Assembly: GCF_006345805.1 (NCBI RefSeq)
Contig: NW_021835215.1
Span: 1 to 41,926 of the forward strand
Reading direction: 5' to 3'
Length of the DNA stretch: 41,926 nt
Source of the DNA: Octopus sinensis
Taxonomy: Eukaryota
Every line of letters begins with the position of its first letter. Position 1 is the stretch's first letter. Position numbers and translations under genes: made by a program. The notes beneath the pieces are model-generated. The model had not been told where the DNA came from. It did not search any database and saw nothing but the letters and a program-made list of their open reading frames with translations. Below, piece by piece: positions 35,951 through 41,926 of the stretch.

Positions 35951-36914
35951 GTATGTGCTGTGTGGCTTGTGTTACATTATTTAGGTGGAAACTGTGTAGA
36001 ATGTGAGTTGTTTGAGTTGCTGGTGTTATAGTGTCGGGTATCAATTATGCAGGATTATGTGTTATTTCAATGGCGATGAATGCGTAAAATATGTGTAGTG
36101 AGATTTTTTTTTTTTTACGATTTCAAAAATGTTATGTACAATACGTACAGCTTGAGTTGTACTACTGAGCTGAAAACCTTTCGAGAAGAATATGAGCTGC
36201 ACCTACTTTGGGGGACTTTGAATAGAACTGTGAACTCTTCTACGGCTTTTTGTGTATTCATTATATACTTTTATTATGTCTAGTGCTCCGGTTATCACTA
36301 ACATTTTCATTTTTTTTTGTCCCACATCTTGGTCGTCTAGACTATTTTAGATTCTCTTACTTTGACGACATATCCACATACGCTAGGGCGTTGTTTGGGT
36401 CTGAAAGTACTTTTGTTCGAAATCATCAGAATTTTCTACGATTGCTTTCTCAATCTGCACAGAAAAGTTCCAATAATCGTTTCTTGCCATGCACAGGACT
36501 TTGACGTTGTTTATATAATTTATTTTATGTGTTTTCACATATAAGTATTGACATGTCGCTCATTAAGCATAGAAGCTGGTTCCATGGTCTCTCTGCATAT
36601 TGCATATGCTCATACCTGGCAAAGACTGGGTAACTAGGAATCATTTGAATGATTGTTCATCGTATTTGTTGCACCTCCCACATTAGATGTTATCATCTTT
36701 GTTTATCGTTTGTAGTTGGTTTTGACAATATATTTGATTTGCATGAACATTGCATAAAACCAGCTGAATAATTACTGTTTTCTCTATAGTTCCATTCTTT
36801 TGAGTCGAGTCTTGCTATCATAAAATAGTTTTTCTCTTAATTTTTTCTTTACTAAATAGAACATTTATTATTTCTAAGTTTCTCAACGAGAGACATTCAG
36901 CAACAGTACCCTAG

Positions 36915-37123
36915 AGTAAAGATTATTTGTCAACATAATGTGGTAGTCTTGGTTAGGACAAATGTTACTGTTATTTAGCCCCAGGAAACATCGTCTCCAG
37001 TTTCTTGCCATGTACAGTACTTAGACGTTGGAAAAAGCTGGAGACGATGTTACCTGTGGCTAAAAAATAATATCATTCGTCCTAACCAGGACTGCCATAT
37101 TATGTTGGCATATAATCTTTACT
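36915..37123. repeat. 209-bp imperfect palindrome (92-bp arms), MITE-like
   Basis: 36915-37006 versus the reverse complement of 37032-37123 aligns ungapped with 14 mismatches by my count. Confidence 0.92.
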
Positions 37124-37374
37124 TTTTCTTTACCATATTTTGGCATTCCTTTTCGGCTTTGTCTTTTAAAAAATAAAAAACATCTGGCTTTTTCCTGCCT
37201 AAATCCATTTCTTCAGTAAATTAATTTCTTGTTTTGTACTTCATTGTTTCCATAGAAACAGAGAAACATGTATTTTTCTCTTCCCGTTTCTAATCACATT
37301 AATCAGTTCAACTTTTCATTGTTTTTTCAAATCACACTGCTATTTGAATCAGAGACAGTCCTTCATTTATCTTT

Positions 37375-37713
37375 AGCAAATCGACCCCGGGACTTATTCT
37401 TTGTAAGCCCAGTACTTATTCATCGGTCTCTTTTGCCGAACCGCTAAGAGACGGGGACGTAAACACACCAGCATCAGTTGTCAAGCAATGCTAGGGGACA
37501 AACACATACACACAAACACACACACACATATATATACATATATATATACGACAGGCTTCTTTCAGTTTCTGTCTACCAAATCCACTCACAAGGCATTGGT
37601 CGGCCCGGGGCTATAGCAGAAGACACTTGCCCAAGATGCCACGCAGTGGGACTGAACCCGGAACCATGTGGTTGGTAAGCAAGCTACTTACCACACATCC
37701 ACTCCTGCGCCTA
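37375..37713 (-). mobile_element. SINE family A, 3' tail missing
   Basis: Reverse complement is nearly identical to 33291-33636. Confidence 0.93.
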
Positions 37714-38123
37714 TATGCATAAGTTTCGGAGAGTAATAACTTAAGCTTGTTGTTACTAGTTTGTTGTTTCTGTCTTAACTTTTCCATCCAGTCAATGCAA
37801 TTTTTACCTCATTATCTTGTAACTGTAATATATAACCATGATCGCTATTTTATTTATATACATTATCTTATTTCTTGTACTGAGTTTAGCACTTAATACT
37901 TATTTGAATCTTCTCCAGTAATCGTTTCTAATGATCCTCTTGATTGTGTCGTGATATATAAGTTTATTTACTTACAAGATTTGTAACGGAAGTTTTGGTT
38001 TAATTCGGTATCCGTATCTTTAAATGTTCTGATAATATCATTAGCACATTTATCTAATCCCATTCTCAATGCTAAGTTTTATCTGAACTTACAAACAATT
38101 TCCAGTTTTACACTAATTTTTTA

Positions 38124-38706
38124 ATTTCTTTATTGCCCACAAACATAGAGGGGACAAACAAGGACAGAAAAACGGATTAAGTCGATTATATCGACCCCCG
38201 GTGCGTAACTGGTTCTTATTTAATCGACCCTGAAAGAATGAAAGGTAAAGTCGACCTTGGCGGAATTTGAACTCAGAACGTAGCGGCAGACGAAATATCT
38301 ATTTCTTTACTGCCCACAAGGGGCTAAACACAGAGGATACAAACAAGGACAGGCAAACGGATTAAGTCGATTACATCGACCCCAGTGTGTAACTGGTACT
38401 TAATTTATCAACCCCAAAAGGATGTAAGACAAAGTCGATCTCGGCAGAATTTGAACTCAGAACGTTGCGACAGACGAAATACCTATTTCTTTACTACCCA
38501 CAAGGGGCTAAACACAGAGAGGACAAACAAGGACAGACAAACGGATTAAGTTGATTATATCGACCCCAGTGCCTAACTGGTACTTATTTAATCGACCCCG
38601 AAAGGATGAAAGGCAAAGTCGACCTCGGCGGAATTTGAACTCACAACCTAACGGCAGACGAAATACGGCTACGCATTTCGCCGGGCGTGCCAGCGTTTCT
38701 GCCAGC
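38124..38706 (-). mobile_element. SINE family B head-to-tail trimer with 14-bp TSD
   Basis: Units begin (plus coordinates) at 38124, 38301 and 38485, and only the last has the tRNA head. Flanks are TTTTACACTAATTT (38106-38119) and TTTTACGCTAATTT (38709-38722). Confidence 0.92.
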
Positions 38707-39289
38707 ATTTTTACGCTAATTTCTATTAATCAACACTCAACACTAGATTGTTCCTGGAGCGTGTGTGGTGTTGATTTTCTAGTGAATAGCAGTGTTTGTA
38801 TACTATATATGTTGCTTTTTACATGGAGTGTTTTGTGTAGAATATAGGCTATGGTGGGTTGTGCTATATTCTAGCGTCAACCACTGAATATGTAGAGTAT
38901 GTGCGGAGTGCTTTATATTGTGTTTCGGTGGTGGTTGATGACTGTGTTATGTTATTGGAAAACTCATTTACACTTTTTTACGTTTATGAATATGTGTTGC
39001 AAGATTCCTGATGTGAAACCTTGTATTGAAGCAGATATTGTTGTATTTCGTGATGGAATTTTTTTATTTCATGCCAAATAGACACATGCTTTATATAGGG
39101 CGTATGTATATTTGTCAAAAGAAAAAAATGACCATCCCGAAATACATCAATAATTTACACTTTCATTCGTGTTTGTATCTTTAAACTTTGCTTAACCAGA
39201 CATATACACACACAGACAACTCTTCAATAACACGGTGCCAACAATATCCACGACGCCATACTACGAATGCACACCTAAGACATTTTATG

Positions 39290-39900
39290 TGCATGTCAGT
39301 TTATTCTAATAGAAATTTGCTCTACTTATGTGACCAAGAGCGACACATAACACATTAATTGCAATGTCTCCTTGCTTTTCTGTAAATATAAGGCTGTGAT
39401 TTCAGTCAGATATTTGTTCGCTATTTCTAGCAGATGATTCTCCAGAGAGGGATTCCCACACTACCTTCACAAATTCAAGTCAGGATTGCCATAAACTTTT
39501 GACGACTAGTCTATTCAGCCAAAGCTTATTCATTAAAAGATTATCCTTCTGTTATGATCCTTTACTAAATATTTATAATCTATAGTCCTCTCAACTACAA
39601 CTATCTAGATAGTATATCTACGTTACGCCTACTCTGTAAATTGTATAACTAGTCAATTCATTGCCCGTTGTTTTCACGCCATATGTGAACTCACCAAATT
39701 TCATTCTAATTCCAATGGAATGTTGAGTAATAGTATCTAGCTGCATCTTAATCTGGTTACTGTTTGGTCTATTCAACTTTTGGTAGTCTGCAACAAAAAA
39801 AAGAAGAGAAGAGAATTACTTCTTGTTTAAAAGCAACTTTTAATGGCAGACTTGATTGTGGATTTTGTAAAAGAACAAAAAACTTAGAACTTTATAGAAT
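39290..39900 (-). mobile_element. R4/Dong-like RT relic
   Basis: FFVLLQNPQS, LFFVAD..KL (decayed FFVDDLKL), QIKMQLDTITQHSIGIRMKFGE, YKYL and IAINVL. Confidence 0.6.
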
Positions 39901-39994
39901 GCTTTCTTGCTAAACTATTGATGTATACATACTATAATCGCTCACTCACAAACAAACAGGCGCACAACATGCAGTAAGACGGAGAGGAAGCTGT

Positions 39995-40169
39995 GTATAT
40001 ACATACATACCTACATACAAATATATATTCCTATACACATGTTTATATATGAAAGTATGTATGTATGGGTGTATATATATACATATATATATATACATAT
40101 TGATGTCTATACATACATTCTATATATATGTCTATATATATATGGGGGTATATATATATATATATATCT

Positions 40170-40204
<35 letters not shown>

Positions 40205-40212
40205 TATACATA
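39995..40212. repeat. (CATA)n/(TA)n microsatellite
   Basis: Directly visible. Confidence 0.85.
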
Positions 40213-40447
40213 TGAAGAAAATAAGACAAGGTAGAAAATTTTAAGATAATTTTATCATGAAGAACATTTTGTACCGATTTCAGTCTTTGCGACTTTTTCA
40301 ACTTAGAGCAAGGCACGAAAAACAATTAAATTGTGGAAAAATTAAATGAAAGTTTAAAAAAAAATATTTCCATAGTTTTCAAGTGCAAGGGGCATTTTCC
40401 TTTTTTCGGTGTCTCTGTCTCTCTTTTTTACCCATGTGAGTTCTTGG

Positions 40448-40664
40448 TAGTATGTAGTAGGTAGTGGGTAGTAGTAGTCCTAGTATTCTTGGTTTTCATT
40501 GTTTAAGCAACAGTAGTAGTTGAGAAAGGAGGCAGCGAAAGAAGATGAAAGAAGAGAAGAAGGAAGAAAAAGAAGGAAAGAAAGAAAGAAAGAAGAAGAA
40601 GAAGAAGAAAGGAGACAGAAGAAGAAGAAGAAAAAGAAAGAGAAATAGAAGAGAGAAGAAAAAG

Positions 40665-40730
<66 letters not shown>

Positions 40731-40852
40731 TAGAAGAAGAGAAGAAGAAGAGAAGAAGAGCGAAGAAGAAGAAGAAGAAGAAGAAGAAGAAGAAGAACAA
40801 GAAGAACAAGAAGAACAAGAAGAAGAACAAGAAGAACAAGAAGAAGAAGAAA
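40448..40852. repeat. Compound (GTA)n/(GAA)n/(TAA)n/(GAAGAACAA)n repeat
   Basis: Directly visible. Confidence 0.92.
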
Positions 40853-41019
40853 CATGGGAGTGATATGACAGTAGTACGATGTTGGTGGAATCCTCTTAAA
40901 TGGTCAAATGACCTAAAAGTGATCTGTTGTGGTTGTAATAGTAGTGATTGGAATTGTTCTGAATAAATTCATTAGTAGTGACTATTCTGAATATATCGTT
41001 TTTAATATTTGCGTGGGTA

Positions 41020-41926
41020 TTATTCTAAGACCCTTGTAGTAGTGTCATTTGTGGTGGACACATTCAGAAGGGGTGTATATTTTGTGATAAAATATGACTC
41101 TTTACTACAAGTTGCATCATCCCTGAATTTATAGAGGGGGACAATTCAGAAGCTGAGTTGTTTGTTATTGGCGCAAATGTCGATGTGTTCGCCGAATGCT
41201 ATTTTTCTGCATTCCCGAATTTTGATCTGGGATTTATGTAGAACCATCCTTTGACGTAGACAATTTTTGGTTTGCCCAATTCTCTCAATATGTAGAACAA
41301 GTTAATACATATATTAAGTTCTCCGAAGCACATATGAAGTTGCTTTTCACTGTAAAACGTTGACCTTGTTTGAAAGAGAACTCCGATCCTTCAATTAGGT
41401 TGACGCATATACCAGTAAGGTCTTCCGCATTTTTTTACTGACGGCTTCAGTGTTGTTTTTGAGCATACTTGGGCTTGTGTTTGGAGACTTTTCAAAGATT
41501 TGGGTTGTCTTTTGCTCTTTATGATGGTGTGCATTTGGATGATTAAATTCATTCTGTGGTCTCTTTTAGTAGGGGAATGCTTTGGAGGATGGTGTCGAAT
41601 GCTTCATTTTTAAGAAAGTTATGTGTAGAGATGTATGGTAGAGCTTTTGGTTGTAAATCCTTCTTTAATTTGGGATGCCTGATTCGTGGATGTTGAGTTG
41701 TAGGGCACGTTGAAAGCATATATCAATTAGTAATGATGGGTAGTTTCTGGTAATGAGTGTATCCTTTAGTTCATGTAGTCGTGTGTCCCTGGTGCTTGTA
41801 TTAGAAACTATAGTACAAATCATTTTTGCTAGGATGAAGGGGATATTCATTCTAGTGTGTCTGGGATGGTTTGAGTTGAACGGTAGAGATATGCTTGGGG
41901 TCCGGGGCTTATAGTATAATCTGTTT
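41020..41926 (-). mobile_element. Penelope-like element relic: RT C-terminus plus GIY-YIG endonuclease, continues past the window end
   Basis: NSNHPRHTRMNIPFILAKMICTIVSNTSTRDTRLHELKDTLITRNYP, LPYISTHN, GICVNLIEGSEFSFKQGQRFTVKSNFICASENLIYVLTC and KESYFITKYTPLLN (stop at 41020-41022). Confidence 0.88.

Larger units (their letters stand above)
36270..38120 (-). mobile_element. R4/Dong-like relic interrupted by a palindrome and a SINE A
   Basis: MGLDKCA and HDTIKRIIRNDYWRRFK*VLSAKLSTRNKIMYINKIAIMVIYYSY (37770-38100), then CGRCNKYDE, YWNFSVQIEK, TKMWD and LVITGALDIIK (36270-36690). Confidence 0.7.

Noticed and set aside
39393-39455. Short repeat sharing GCTATTTCTAGCA with 21681-21693 (inverted)
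   Set aside because: Probably a common small interspersed repeat, but the in-window match is only 13 bp, too little to delimit.

Overview
Eukaryotic, AT-rich, microsatellite-dense intergenic or intronic DNA. The SINE families look like those I recall from octopod cephalopods (recognition from memory, not a search). I find no supportable host protein-coding gene, tRNA, rRNA or CRISPR array, and most long ORFs in the track are translations of simple repeats. The window is a graveyard of transposable elements. SINEs: three tRNA-derived families, about 15 copies or fragments. Non-LTR and related relics: a Tx1/L1-group LINE, five minus-strand R4/Dong-like RLE relics, a HERO-like RLE 3' end, RTE and CR1/L2-type fragments, and a Penelope-like RT/GIY-YIG element cut by the window end. 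Others: a Ty3/Gypsy pol relic, a Helitron RepHel relic, a DD37D (maT) Tc1/mariner, a piggyBac-type MITE and a 209-bp palindrome. No novel system is proven. The best leads are: (1) a SINE trimer inside one TSD whose junctions join the 3' tail to a fixed internal site as a GAAATA-NN-TATTTC hairpin, (2) a long palindrome whose loop is a copy of a 30-bp segment 521 bp upstream, (3) hammerhead-ribozyme-like relics in islands between (TA)n tracts, and (4) a same-strand stack of R4/Dong relics. All translations and alignments were done by eye, so relic boundaries are approximate.
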